Assembly (NCBI GenBank): GCA_035290625.1
Contig: DATDTY010000051.1
Coordinates: forward strand, 4,008-68,007
DNA length: 64,000 nucleotides
Reading direction: 5' to 3'
Source of the DNA: Candidatus Nanoarchaeia archaeon
Lineage (GTDB): Archaea; Nanobdellota; Nanobdellia; Woesearchaeales; DATDTY01
Part shown: piece by piece, positions 48,522-57,671 of the stretch
How the letters are laid out: each line of letters begins with the position of its first letter
How positions within the stretch are numbered: position 1 is the stretch's first letter
Position numbers and translations under genes: made by a program
Notes under the pieces: model-generated
Databases searched by the model: none
What the model was told of the DNA's origin: nothing
The model's input: only the letters and a program-made list of their open reading frames with translations

Positions 48522-48728
48522 ATGGTTCGCCTTATCATTCCACGAGCAGCAGCAACAAGGATATTGATGGATTGCGGCGCAAAGAGGGTATCTTCAAAGG
48601 GAGCTGCTGCGTTTTCTGAACTCATTGAGAAATGCGGCATCAGCCTTGCAGGCCGCGCAGTTGAGCTTGCCAGGCACGCAGGCAGGAAAACCGTGGATGC
48701 TGCAGATATGAAGATGAGCAGGCGATGA
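48522..48728 (+). CDS. Archaeal histone (HMf-like histone fold)
   Basis: 68 aa. IPRAAATRIL..GAKRVS..A...L.E......AGRAVELARHAGRKTVDAADMK parallels the HMfB residue pattern, including the ...HAGRKT... loop. Confidence 0.7.
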   Translation: MVRLIIPRAAATRILMDCGAKRVSSKGAAAFSELIEKCGISLAGRAVELARHAGRKTVDAADMKMSRR

Positions 48729-48761
48729 GCATAAAAAGCCTCGCTTATTTCTCAGTCAAAA

Positions 48762-48835
48762 GGGCCAATAGCTCAACCTGGTAGAGTGCCGCATTGGCTA
48801 TGCGGAGGTTTCGGGTTCGAATCCCGATTGGTCCA
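48762..48835 (+). tRNA. tRNA-Ala (anticodon GGC)
   Basis: Acceptor GGGCCAA/TTGGTCC has the G3:U70 Ala identity pair, with discriminator A. D-arm GCTC-AACCTGGTA-GAGT. Anticodon stem CCGCA/TGCGG, loop TTGGCTA. T-arm TCGGG-TTCGAAT-CCCGA. No encoded CCA. Confidence 0.7.
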
Positions 48836-48839
48836 TACC

Positions 48840-49044
48840 GGCTGCGGTGAAAATCTCGCGGTGGCTTGCGAGTGAGCTCGTTCTCACTCGCTCACCAGCC
48901 ACCGGCTGCCGCCAAGTTCGCAATTTGCGTTCTTTGTCCTCATAATCGACATTCGTCCCCGATGGGGCATCCCCCTCGAAGTCGATGCCCTGATTCCAGT
49001 TGTGCTGCTCACAAAGGGCGGCAGCATTGATTTTCACCGCAGCC
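48840..49044 (+). mobile_element. MITE-like non-coding element, family B (205 bp, perfect 16-bp TIR GGCTGCGGTGAAAATC)
   Basis: Termini ggctgcggtgaaaatc...gattttcaccgcagcc. An internal 9-bp-stem hairpin gcgagtgag-ctcgtt-ctcactcgc. A second full copy lies at 60306-60510 and a deleted copy at 27115-27215. It sits 4 bp after tRNA-Ala and 3 bp before the ATG of the HD gene. Confidence 0.7.
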
Positions 49045-49047
49045 TCC

Positions 49048-50076
49048 ATGACCGCAACAGTTAAAAAACATGGAAGAATCCCTTTTTTAATGGATCCGCT
49101 GCTTATTGAAGACCCAGTCTACGGAAAAAAGGAATTGCGGAATGAAACCGTTCTTGCCATTATCAAAACCCCTGAATTCCAGAGGCTGAAGGGCATCAAC
49201 CAGTACGGAACCGGGAACTATATGACCCCCAAGATGCCTACTACGAGGTATGAGCACAGCATTGGGGTGTATCTGCTCCTGCAGAAACTCGGGGCATCCT
49301 TCGAGGAGCAGATTGCAGGGCTACTGCATGACATCAGCCATACAGCTTTCTCCCATGTCGTTGATTTCCTGAGGAATGAGAGTATGAAGCAGGACTTCCA
49401 TGAGCTGCATTTGAAACGGGTTCTGGAGAGTTCAGAGATCAAGGAGATTCTGGGAAAAGAGGGATTCCGCATCGACAGGATTACTGATCATTCCGGATAC
49501 AGCCTCCTGGATTCGGATGACCAGAGCCTGAATGCAGACCGGCTTGACTATGGGATGCGGGACGGGCTGTTGTTCGGCACCTTTCGGAAGGATAGGATTG
49601 ATAAGGTCCTAGGTTCTCTCTTGGTTAAGGATGGGCAGATTGTGCTGGCAGATGAGGAAGCTGCTTCTGCCGCTGCATGGGGCTATTTTCACACCTCAAC
49701 GCAGTTCTGGAGCAATCCGCTGTTCGGAGGAAGCTATATGGCTTTGGTTGCTGCTTTGAGGGCAGCGCTGGATAAAGGAGTTATCAGGGAAGAGGACCTT
49801 TTTGGGACTGATGAGGAAGTGATGGGGAAGCTGAAGGCTTCAGAGGATGCCAGGATCATGCATTATCTCGGTTTCATAGACTGGGTCAACCTTAGCGAGC
49901 AGGAACACGGAGAGTTTATGATCAAGACCAAGGCAAGGTATATTGACCCGCTTTTTTGGAAGAAGGGCAAGCTCATCAGGTATTCAGAGGCTGACGAGGT
50001 GTTTAAGGAAAGGGTTGAGGCCTGGGTAAGGGAGATGAAAAACGGCCATCGGGTCGGCATAAATACAAAACTTTAA
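49048..50076 (+). CDS. HD-domain phosphohydrolase
   Basis: YEHSIGVY...LLHDISHTAFSH (H...HD...H metal ligands), DRLDYGMRD. The start is MTATVKK immediately after the MITE; the ORF-track start at 49000 lies inside the MITE. Confidence 0.7.
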   Translation: MTATVKKHGRIPFLMDPLLIEDPVYGKKELRNETVLAIIKTPEFQRLKGINQYGTGNYMTPKMPTTRYEHSIGVYLLLQKLGASFEEQIAGLLHDISHTAFSHVVDFLRNESMKQDFHELHLKRVLESSEIKEILGKEGFRIDRITDHSGYSLLDSDDQSLNADRLDYGMRDGLLFGTFRKDRIDKVLGSLLVKDGQIVLADEEAASAAAWGYFHTSTQFWSNPLFGGSYMALVAALRAALDKGVIREEDLFGTDEEVMGKLKASEDARIMHYLGFIDWVNLSEQEHGEFMIKTKARYIDPLFWKKGKLIRYSEADEVFKERVEAWVREMKNGHRVGINTKL

Positions 50077-50101
50077 ATGAGGGTGAGGATTCCGGATTCG
50101 C

Positions 50102-50737
50102 ATGAAAGCCATACTATTTGATTCCTGGGGCACTCTGATCGAGAACGGCGTCAAGCCAAGCCCGCTGAGGCAGGTTCAGGAGATCTTGAGGGTCAGGCTT
50201 CCCTTTTCAGAATTTGTCCAGCAGTTTGAGAAGTCATTCATGACCAGGAAATACACAGACCTAGGAGAAGCATTTTACGCAGCTATTGATGATCTTGGGA
50301 TCCGTGTTGCTCCTTTTGTAGTCGAGAAGCTCATCGGGCTCTGGAATAAGAACATGCTGTTTGCGAAGCCGTTTGAGGATATCACTGAGCTCACAAAGCT
50401 TAAGCAGAAGTACAAAATCGGGCTGATTTCAAACACGGATCCGTTTTCGCTCACTCCGGTGCTGGAGAAGCACGATCTTACCAAGTATTTTGATGCCGTA
50501 GTGCTGTCATGCGACGCAGGCGTTCTGAAGACTGACCCAAAGATGTATGAGCTCTGCCTGCAGCAGCTGGGGGTTTCCAAGGATGAATGCGTGATGGTAG
50601 GGGATTCTATGCAGACTGATATCGAGGGCGCAAAACGCGCAGGGATCAGAGCCATACTGATGGACCGCAAGGACAGAAGGGAGTATGATGAAAAGGTAAC
50701 GAGCCTGAAGCAGCTTGCTGAGGTGCTTGGTGGGTGA
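50102..50737 (+). CDS. HAD-superfamily hydrolase (variant motif I: DSWGT)
   Basis: AILFDSWGTLIEN (motif I with Trp in place of the second Asp), LISNTD (motif II) and GDSMQTDIEGAKRAG (motif IV). Confidence 0.65.
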   Translation: MKAILFDSWGTLIENGVKPSPLRQVQEILRVRLPFSEFVQQFEKSFMTRKYTDLGEAFYAAIDDLGIRVAPFVVEKLIGLWNKNMLFAKPFEDITELTKLKQKYKIGLISNTDPFSLTPVLEKHDLTKYFDAVVLSCDAGVLKTDPKMYELCLQQLGVSKDECVMVGDSMQTDIEGAKRAGIRAILMDRKDRREYDEKVTSLKQLAEVLGG

Positions 50738-51137
50738 CTGCGCCTTCTGCAGCATTGCGCAGGCAAGGATTCCTGCAAGAAGGGTCTATGAAGATAAGAT
50801 GTTCCTGGCGTTCCTTGATATTGCTCCATCGAACCCGGGCCATATACTGGTGATTCCGAAAGAGCATCATGAGACCCTGCTTGACCTTCCTGATGCGATT
50901 TCAGCCAGGATTCTGGGAGTGGTTAAGAAAATCGCTGCAGCTGCAACCCAAGCCACAGGAGCTCAGGGGTTCAATGTGCTGATCAACAACCAGAGTGCAG
51001 CAGGACAGGTCGTGTTCCATAGCCATTTCCATATTATCCCAAGGTTTAAGGGAGATGGGTTAAAGCATTGGGCCAAGAAGGAGATTCCCGGGCAGGAGAT
51101 GGATGCTATCTGCAGGAAAATCGTTAGTTTTATATAA
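50715..51137 (+). CDS. HIT-family (histidine triad) nucleotide hydrolase
   Basis: CAFCSIAQARIPA...GHILVIPKEHH...QVVFHSHFHIIPR (HxHxHxx triad). Confidence 0.75.
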   Translation: MLRCLVGDCAFCSIAQARIPARRVYEDKMFLAFLDIAPSNPGHILVIPKEHHETLLDLPDAISARILGVVKKIAAAATQATGAQGFNVLINNQSAAGQVVFHSHFHIIPRFKGDGLKHWAKKEIPGQEMDAICRKIVSFI

Positions 51138-51159
51138 CAAGTTTAGGTTTTTCTGTCCA

Positions 51160-51312
51160 TGCCGCTGTAGCTCAGCCTGGTTAGAGCGCTACATGCTTGT
51201 TTTCGCAAGTCAGCGAGGCTCATATGTTTGAGCGATGATCCGAAAGGAGATGACATACTCAGGCGATAACTGGGTGACGTAGAGGTCAGGGGCTCAAATC
51301 CCCTCAGCGGCA
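51160..51312 (+). tRNA. Intron-containing tRNA (about 153 nt; roughly 78-nt insertion in the anticodon region; anticodon unresolved, CUU/Lys possible)
   Basis: Acceptor GCCGCTG/CAGCGGC with discriminator A. Canonical D-arm TAGCTCAGCCTGGTTAGAGCG (A14, G18G19, A21). T-arm AGGGG-CTCAAAT-CCCCT with C48, G53:C61. Between position 26 and CGTAG (39-43) lies a structured insert containing the CTTG-TTTTCG-CAAG hairpin. A31/C39 would mispair if the intron sits at 37/38. Confidence 0.6.
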
Positions 51313-51429
51313 TTTCAGCTCATCAAACGAAACGTGGATGAATTCAGGGTTTTGGATGTTCGGTTCTTTCGTGATGATCTCAGAGGTCACCGATTTGACT
51401 TCAACCTTTTATTGGAGGGCTACTGCAAC

Positions 51430-51672
51430 TGGCTCTGTAGAAAGTCCGGCATCAGTTCTGCGAGCTTCTTCGGCCACATAAGCAGTGCTGACGGAGGGTT
51501 GCCCCAATCAAAACGCCGTCTGGCGTTTTGGTGTGCCAAAAGAGCGTAGCTCTTTTTAGCACCTTCGGGGGTGTCAGCATGCACCGATAGAGTCACAAGC
51601 GAGCCGGCGGCTAGCGAGCAAGCTCACCTTGCTCGCTTGCAAGCCACTGCCGACTGACTTTCTACAGAGCCA
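51430..51672 (+). mobile_element. MITE-like non-coding element, family A (243 bp, 17-bp TIR TGGCTCTGTAGAAAGTC)
   Basis: Termini tggctctgtagaaagtc...gactttctacagagcca. About 90% identical across its length to 61356-61602, including the hairpins caaaacgcc-gtct-ggcgttttg and gcgagcaag-ctcacc-ttgctcgc. No ORF of likely significance. Confidence 0.65.
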
Positions 51673-51746
51673 CTACGACCATTCACGTATAGAATGAATG
51701 CGTCGGCCGGTAGTGAGACTTTGGTCTCGGACCGGCCTAACATGAA

Positions 51747-51829
51747 TGCGTCGGCCGGGATTTGAACCCGGATCAACGGCTTTCTCCGATCCATGGAAGG
51801 CCGCAATCATGCCATTAGACCACCGACGC
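51747..51829 (-). tRNA. tRNA-Gly (anticodon UCC) with 12-nt intron at canonical 37/38 position
   Basis: Minus-strand read GCGTCGG-TG-GTCT-AATGGCA-TGAT-T-GCGGC-CTTCCA[TGGATCGGAGAA]A-GCCGT-TGAT-CCGGG-TTCAAAT-CCCGG-CCGACGC-A. Canonical T-arm, U33, A37, anticodon TCC. The 13:22 pair is mismatched. Confidence 0.55.
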
Positions 51830-51928
51830 ATACTCTCAATTGTTCTGGCATTGTTTATAAAGATTATGATGACGGAATCGCATCCATGCTCCACAAACTT
51901 TTTAAACACTCAAACATTCCTTCAGATC

Positions 51929-52477
51929 ATGACTTGGAAGATTCTTTCAGACACGCCCGACCTCAAGCTGTTGGAAAAAAAGAAGGGAGACCTGAACATC
52001 CGCATCGAGGCAAGGCTCACACGAGAGAAGAAGTGGGACATCTACAAGATTTACGTTGGGAAATCCATGCCGAACCTTGTTGAGGAATACCATGCGCAGA
52101 CAGGCAGCGAGGCAGAGCAGCTTATCAGCTCACTAAAGAAGAAAGAGCTCACGCTGGAGCAGATCAGGGAGATGCAGAAGACACAGATTGTTCTGCGCCG
52201 GGAGTTCAATGAGGTCAATGTCGAGAAATGGGTTGTTTCAGTCAGCCGGCTACCTGCCGGAGCAGTCTTCGTACGCTACTATGATCCCATCACGGTGGAC
52301 ATCATCCTGGATGAGCGCTACGCCTCTATCGAGTCCTCAATCCTCAGGGAAGCTTATACCACCCTTGGCATCGAAGATGAAGGAAAAGACCAGACAATCT
52401 ATTACTATACACGGAAGTCAAGAGCCGAGAAGAAGCCCACGATTGTCGGGAAGATAGAGTTTGGCATCGCGCGTTAG
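51929..52477 (+). CDS. Hypothetical protein (182 aa)
   Basis: The ORF-track start at 51746 overlaps the tRNA-Gly gene. An internal Met (MTWKILS), downstream of a TATA-like tttataaa at 51855, is preferred. No motif recognised. Confidence 0.4.
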   Translation: MTWKILSDTPDLKLLEKKKGDLNIRIEARLTREKKWDIYKIYVGKSMPNLVEEYHAQTGSEAEQLISSLKKKELTLEQIREMQKTQIVLRREFNEVNVEKWVVSVSRLPAGAVFVRYYDPITVDIILDERYASIESSILREAYTTLGIEDEGKDQTIYYYTRKSRAEKKPTIVGKIEFGIAR

Positions 52478-53505
52478 ATCTGCCCGCGAATTCTTCGGAT
52501 GAATTCATCGAAGTTGTGCGTCTTCACCACAGCACCGCACGCATGCTCATGGCCGCCTCCATAGCCCTCAAGGCCAGCCAGGCTTTGCTGCACAAGAGGA
52601 GGCAGGAGCAGTGCCGCAGAGCGGAGCGAGCACTTCATCTCCCCTGATTTTTCTCTGCAGACAATGATTGTCTTTTCAGGGAACCTATGGAGCAGCTCAT
52701 TGCTCAGGTCAGAGGTGAGTGAGATGGTGTCATCAGTGTAGCTGAAAAGGAGCAGGGGATCCTGCTTTTTTGCTGCAGCACAGCCGGATTTCAGAAGGCT
52801 CTGGTACTCCCTATTGACCTCTTTGAATCGCTTGGTGAGGTACTTTGCCTGGGGAGTTTTCTGCTCAACAAGCTCGCGGATATCGCCAACACGCGTCAGA
52901 ATCTTCACGCAGCCCATCGCTACCCTCGTGTCTCCCTTGAGGATAAAGGAGAAGAGCCTCACAATCTCTCCGAGAGGGGTCTCAAACAGGCCAACCTGCG
53001 GATCGGTTATCCCAGGAGGAAGCAGTTCAGGATACTGCCTTGAGAATGCGTCATAAATGTCCTTTTTGTACACCCAGTCAGCCACAACGCCAACTGCGGC
53101 AATCCATAAATCGCTCTCCACAATCTGATGGCAAAGATAGGATGTTGGAACATTCGCCTCCTTCCGGAGCCGGGGGTTGAAATACATAACCCCTTTCCTT
53201 TCCTGCGGCTCATGATGGTCAATCCATACGATCTTCCGGTTCGCCTGATCAATGAATTCCTGCGACACCTTTGGCTTGTCAAGGACAAAGATAACGTCAG
53301 GGTTGTAGTCCTCAACCTTTCTGACAAACTGCTCTCTCAGCTCAGGCAGGGATTTCACCACAACGCCATGGCCTTTCTTGGCATACCTGTAGAGCAGCAG
53401 AAATGAGCACAATCCATCAGGATCGTCATCGAAAAAGAAGAGAGGGTTCCTGGAAGAGTCCAAAAGCTTCCGGATTTCCTTGACCTCCTTTTGTGTAAGC
53501 CCCAT
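52474..53505 (-). CDS. DHH-family phosphoesterase (archaeal RecJ/NrnA-like)
   Basis: DHH motif IWIDHHEP, DHHA1-like GGGHEHACG at the C-terminus, and N-terminal FFFDDDPDGLCS (motif I). Confidence 0.75.
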   Translation of the reverse strand: MGLTQKEVKEIRKLLDSSRNPLFFFDDDPDGLCSFLLLYRYAKKGHGVVVKSLPELREQFVRKVEDYNPDVIFVLDKPKVSQEFIDQANRKIVWIDHHEPQERKGVMYFNPRLRKEANVPTSYLCHQIVESDLWIAAVGVVADWVYKKDIYDAFSRQYPELLPPGITDPQVGLFETPLGEIVRLFSFILKGDTRVAMGCVKILTRVGDIRELVEQKTPQAKYLTKRFKEVNREYQSLLKSGCAAAKKQDPLLLFSYTDDTISLTSDLSNELLHRFPEKTIIVCREKSGEMKCSLRSAALLLPPLVQQSLAGLEGYGGGHEHACGAVVKTHNFDEFIRRIRGQI

Positions 53506-53681
53506 AGGATAGCGAGAAAGAGCGTGCTTTATATGGATTGCGGATAAAAGAATGCGCGCCGTTAAATAATTTGAGAGTATGAGAACAAGGGCCGGTTTAA
53601 TATTATTTTAGGGTTCAGCGTTTTTTTGTTATTAACTATTAGATAGTAACGTTTATATAATTACCCGGTTCTTGGCAGGAT

Positions 53682-54890
53682 ATGGACTATTATTTGCAGG
53701 ATATATCGAGATTAGAAGGACAGCCCAAAAGAACAATCGCAGATTATGCGGAGCAGAATGGGATTTTGGTTCCTCGCAGATTTGATTCTTTGGCAGAAGC
53801 CAGAAGGTCTCATAAAGGCATTTTTCTAAGGAGCGAACACCCTCAAGAGTATAATGGGATTTCTGGCTTGTTAAATAGTTTCAGCCTGTCTTCATTAACT
53901 TTTCCAGTTAGAGGTTCTCGGAGCTTAGAAGAGGTTAAACAAAGATATTTTACGCAGGGAGAAATGCAGCCAGATGCGTATAAAGAATATTGTAAACAGC
54001 TAGGATTAAGTGAAGATGAATTCATAAAACAAGCCTCTTTTTCAATATGGGAAAAATTGGGCGGATTAAACAGGACCGTAATTGCCGATTCCTCGATTGC
54101 TGGCAGGTATCACATTATGAGTCTTTGTTATGAGAAAAATAACAAGCTGACTAATTATGCCATTGTAGAGGAAGGAAGATTAGCACATGAGTTTATCAAA
54201 CCTCTTCCAGATGAGTTGAGGGGTGGTTTAGGAGCTCTAATAGAAACCTATGAGCAGGTAAGAAATTTAGGAAGATTTGACCCTAATAATTGCCCAATAA
54301 TGGAATTTCGAACGCATAACGGCAAGAATTATTTTCTTCAGTACCATAGAACAAGAGATTTTTCACCAGCAGGATTTATGTTAGATAGAGGTCTAGAGGA
54401 TGGGGAAATTGAAGTGCCATGGGTGCGTGGAGCAACATCGAAAGAGGGAGGGGCGTTTAAGATTACGGTTTATTATGCAGGAGGAAAGTTTGATCCTGAA
54501 GATGAAGACGGCTCTTTTGATTTGCACTGGAATTGGATTTTTTCAGAGCTGCAATTCAAGAGAAGGAGATTACAAAGTATAGACAGCACGGTAGACGGCG
54601 GAAGCTTTGCAAATTTGGTTGGAAATCATGAGCATAGGTCAAAAATGTTCAAACCTGAGATTTCTGCAGTTTTTCCAATTGAATCGGTAATGAGGGACAA
54701 TGAAGTTTTGTGGGGAAACGAAAATTGGGATCTTGGCGACGGCAAGAAATATTCCCCAAGAGACCCAATTCTCAAAGATGGTGAAACTATTTTTAGTTTT
54801 GGGGAAGAAACAAAGAAAGGACACAATTCATATATGAATCTTCATTTTGTTTCTGATGGAAGAAGGGCGTTTGTAAGGAGGATAGGATAA
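53682..54890 (+). CDS. Hypothetical protein (402 aa), low-GC gene
   Basis: Intact ORF with markedly AT-richer codon usage than flanking genes. No recognisable motif. Confidence 0.45.
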   Translation: MDYYLQDISRLEGQPKRTIADYAEQNGILVPRRFDSLAEARRSHKGIFLRSEHPQEYNGISGLLNSFSLSSLTFPVRGSRSLEEVKQRYFTQGEMQPDAYKEYCKQLGLSEDEFIKQASFSIWEKLGGLNRTVIADSSIAGRYHIMSLCYEKNNKLTNYAIVEEGRLAHEFIKPLPDELRGGLGALIETYEQVRNLGRFDPNNCPIMEFRTHNGKNYFLQYHRTRDFSPAGFMLDRGLEDGEIEVPWVRGATSKEGGAFKITVYYAGGKFDPEDEDGSFDLHWNWIFSELQFKRRRLQSIDSTVDGGSFANLVGNHEHRSKMFKPEISAVFPIESVMRDNEVLWGNENWDLGDGKKYSPRDPILKDGETIFSFGEETKKGHNSYMNLHFVSDGRRAFVRRIG

Positions 54891-55056
54891 TCGAGCCACA
54901 AAGTTGCAGGTCAGGAAGTTTACGATAAGCTGCAATCTCAGAGAGGGATCAAGTATCCTCCAAGCCTTGGGTAAATCTCCAAATCCAAAAAAAACCGAAA
55001 GCCTTATAAATATAATATTCATTAGCAATTACAGGGATTCTGAAGGTTTCAAGAAG

Positions 55057-55704
55057 ATGGATGAAAACGAAGCTCACATGTTGAAGACAGGAACAACAAC
55101 AGTCGGTATTCTCTGCAAAGACGGTGTTGTGCTGGCAGCAGACCGCAGGGCCACGTCAGGCTATCTTGTCTCAAGCAAGAGGATCGACAAGGTCCACCAG
55201 CTTACAGAGAACTTAGTGGTCACCATGGCAGGAACAGCCTCAGACGCGCAGCTTCTTGTCAAGATAACCCAGGTCGAGCTCAAGCTCCGCAAGATACGGA
55301 TAGGAAGGGAAACCACAGGAAAAGAGGCGGCAAATTTCATTTCACGGATGGTATATTCAAATATCCGCAAGATGAGCATTATTCCGGGAATCAGCCATTT
55401 TATTCTCGGCGCAAAGGACGAGTCAGGGTTCTCGATATGGGATCTCTATGCAGACGGCTCAATCACCCAGGTTGATGATTATATCTCCTCAGGATCAGGA
55501 AGCGTGATGGCGTTTGGTGTCCTTGAGACGCTCTACAGGAAAGATATGGGCATAGACGAAGGGATTAAGCTTGCGGTGAAGTGCATCAACGCAGCAATCC
55601 AGCGGGACATCGCCTCTGGGAATGGCATCGACATTGTCACCATCACGAAAGACGGCGTTAAGAAGGCCCTCCAAGAGGAGATTGATATGCACATTAAGGT
55701 ATAA
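55057..55704 (+). CDS. psmB: Proteasome subunit beta (with short propeptide)
   Basis: MDENEAHMLKTG-TTTVGI, with Thr1 after the propeptide, and GSG...DG family motifs. The ORF-track start at 54904 is an upstream extension. Confidence 0.85.
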   Translation: MDENEAHMLKTGTTTVGILCKDGVVLAADRRATSGYLVSSKRIDKVHQLTENLVVTMAGTASDAQLLVKITQVELKLRKIRIGRETTGKEAANFISRMVYSNIRKMSIIPGISHFILGAKDESGFSIWDLYADGSITQVDDYISSGSGSVMAFGVLETLYRKDMGIDEGIKLAVKCINAAIQRDIASGNGIDIVTITKDGVKKALQEEIDMHIKV

Positions 55705-55728
55705 ATCATTCTGGAACCAGGTTATTCA

Positions 55729-57630
55729 ATGGCAGAAATCATAAAGGAGATTCTCAAGCATCTCCCCGATGGCAAGATTAGCTCCGCAGAATTCGAGGGA
55801 GCGAACATTGTCCTCTACACCAAAGACAAGGAGTTCTTCTTAGATAATAATGGCGTGATTAAGAAGATTGTGAATGATATCAAGAAGCGGGTTGAGCTCC
55901 GGCCAGACCCCAGCATCGCCATGGACCAGGAGCAGGCAGAACAGGAGATCCGAAAGAGCATCCCCAAGGAGGCCGGAGTCGGCAGCATCATTTTTGATCC
56001 CCAGCGGAGCATCGTTATTGTTGAGACTGAGAAGCCTGGCCTCGCCATCGGGAAGCAGGGCAGCATCCTGAGGGAGATAAGGGAAAAGACAATGTGGATA
56101 CCCTTAATCAGGAGGACTCCTGCGATTAAATCCCAGCTCATTGAGAATATCAGGGCGGTCCTCTACCAGAACTCAGACTATAGGAGAAAATTCCTTGACA
56201 GGATCGGCCATAGAGTCTATGATGGATGGATGCGCGGAAAAAAACAGGAATGGGTGCGCTTTTCAACGCTGGGCGCAGGCCGCCAGGTTGGCAGGTCATG
56301 CTTTCTGCTCCAGACGCCTGAATCCCGGATTATGATCGATTGCGGCATCGATCCTGCAAAGGAGTACGGATCAGAGGAAGCCTATCCTCATCTCGAAGCG
56401 CCTGAGTTCAAATTAGATGAGATTGATGCGATTATCATCAGCCATGCCCACTTGGACCATTGCGGCCTTTTGCCCTACCTCTTCAAGCTTGGCTACAAAG
56501 GCCCGGTATACTGCACTCCCCCCACAAGGGATATCATGGCCTTGCTGCAGCTCGATATGGTCAAAATTGCAAAGAACGATGGCAAGGACCCCTTATTCAC
56601 CTCAGAAGAGATTAAGGAGATGGTCAAGCATACGATTACTGTAGAGTTTGATGAAGTGACAGATATCACGCCAGATGTGCGCCTGACACTCTATAACTCG
56701 GGCCACATCCTGGGAAGCGCAATGGTCCATCTCCATATCGGCAATGGGCTTCACAACTTCCTCTACACAGGCGACATGAAGTATGGCCACACGGATCTCC
56801 TTGACCCTGCGGTTACAATTTTCCCCCGCCTGGAAACCCTCATGATCGAATCAACCTATGGAGGGAAAGACAATATTCCTGCCAGCAAGGAACAGTCAGA
56901 TGAGGAGCTGGTCACAATCATCAAGAGCACAATTGGCCAGGGAGGAAAACTTCTGATCCCTGTCTTGGGTGTGGGAAGGGCGCAGGAGGTGCTCCTGATT
57001 ATCGAACGGCTTGTTCGGGAAGGCCAGCTCGAGAAGATTCCAGTCTATGTGGACGGCATGGTCTGGGACGTAACTGCGATTCACACTGCCTATCCTGAAT
57101 ATCTCAATAACAACATCAGAAAGCTTATCTTCCATAAGGATGCCAATCCGTTCCTGGCAGAAATCTTCCATAGGGTGGGATCGCAGAAGGAGAGGGCACA
57201 GGTGATTGAAGAGCAGGGAGCATGCGTCATCCTTGCAACCTCAGGTATGCTCACCGGCGGCCCATCAGTGGAATACTTGAGGAGGCTGGGGGACAACCCA
57301 AAGAACGCTTTGGTGTTTGTCTCGTATCAGGGAGAGGGCTCTCTCGGCAGGCGCATCCAGAGAGGCGAGCGCGAGATCGTCTTCTCAAACGGAATGAAGA
57401 AAGAGATCCTGCCTGTAAGGCTAAGCATCTACACCATTGAAGGGTTCTCAGGCCATTCCAACAGGAGGGAGCTCATGAACTTCATCTATAAGTGCACGCC
57501 CAGGCCAAAGAAGATCCTGGTGAACCATGGTGAGGCAAGCAGATGCCTTGACTTGGCAAGCTCTATCCACAAGCAATACCGTGTTGAGACCGCTGCTCCG
57601 AAGAATCTGGAGATTATCAGGCTGAAGTAA
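55729..57630 (+). CDS. aCPSF1 (KH-KH plus metallo-beta-lactamase/beta-CASP RNase)
   Basis: Two N-terminal KH-like segments, then HAHLDHCG (HxHxDH), the beta-CASP region and a C-terminal RMBL motif HGE. 633 aa. Confidence 0.85.
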   Translation: MAEIIKEILKHLPDGKISSAEFEGANIVLYTKDKEFFLDNNGVIKKIVNDIKKRVELRPDPSIAMDQEQAEQEIRKSIPKEAGVGSIIFDPQRSIVIVETEKPGLAIGKQGSILREIREKTMWIPLIRRTPAIKSQLIENIRAVLYQNSDYRRKFLDRIGHRVYDGWMRGKKQEWVRFSTLGAGRQVGRSCFLLQTPESRIMIDCGIDPAKEYGSEEAYPHLEAPEFKLDEIDAIIISHAHLDHCGLLPYLFKLGYKGPVYCTPPTRDIMALLQLDMVKIAKNDGKDPLFTSEEIKEMVKHTITVEFDEVTDITPDVRLTLYNSGHILGSAMVHLHIGNGLHNFLYTGDMKYGHTDLLDPAVTIFPRLETLMIESTYGGKDNIPASKEQSDEELVTIIKSTIGQGGKLLIPVLGVGRAQEVLLIIERLVREGQLEKIPVYVDGMVWDVTAIHTAYPEYLNNNIRKLIFHKDANPFLAEIFHRVGSQKERAQVIEEQGACVILATSGMLTGGPSVEYLRRLGDNPKNALVFVSYQGEGSLGRRIQRGEREIVFSNGMKKEILPVRLSIYTIEGFSGHSNRRELMNFIYKCTPRPKKILVNHGEASRCLDLASSIHKQYRVETAAPKNLEIIRLK

Positions 57631-57671
57631 GAGTATACACCAAATAAGGTCTGATTTTTTCTTTCAAAATT

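Noticed and set aside
51715-51728. Hairpin GAGAC-TTTG-GTCTC downstream of tRNA-Gly as a terminator
   Set aside because: No adjacent oligo-T tract on either strand, so it was not called as a terminator. It is mentioned only in the att-scar finding.
51624-51806. 60-aa minus-strand ORF and the 105-aa ORF at 61351-61668
   Set aside because: They share the peptide SVESQSAVACKRAR only because both lie inside copies of the MITE-A repeat. They are GC-rich structured DNA rather than genes.
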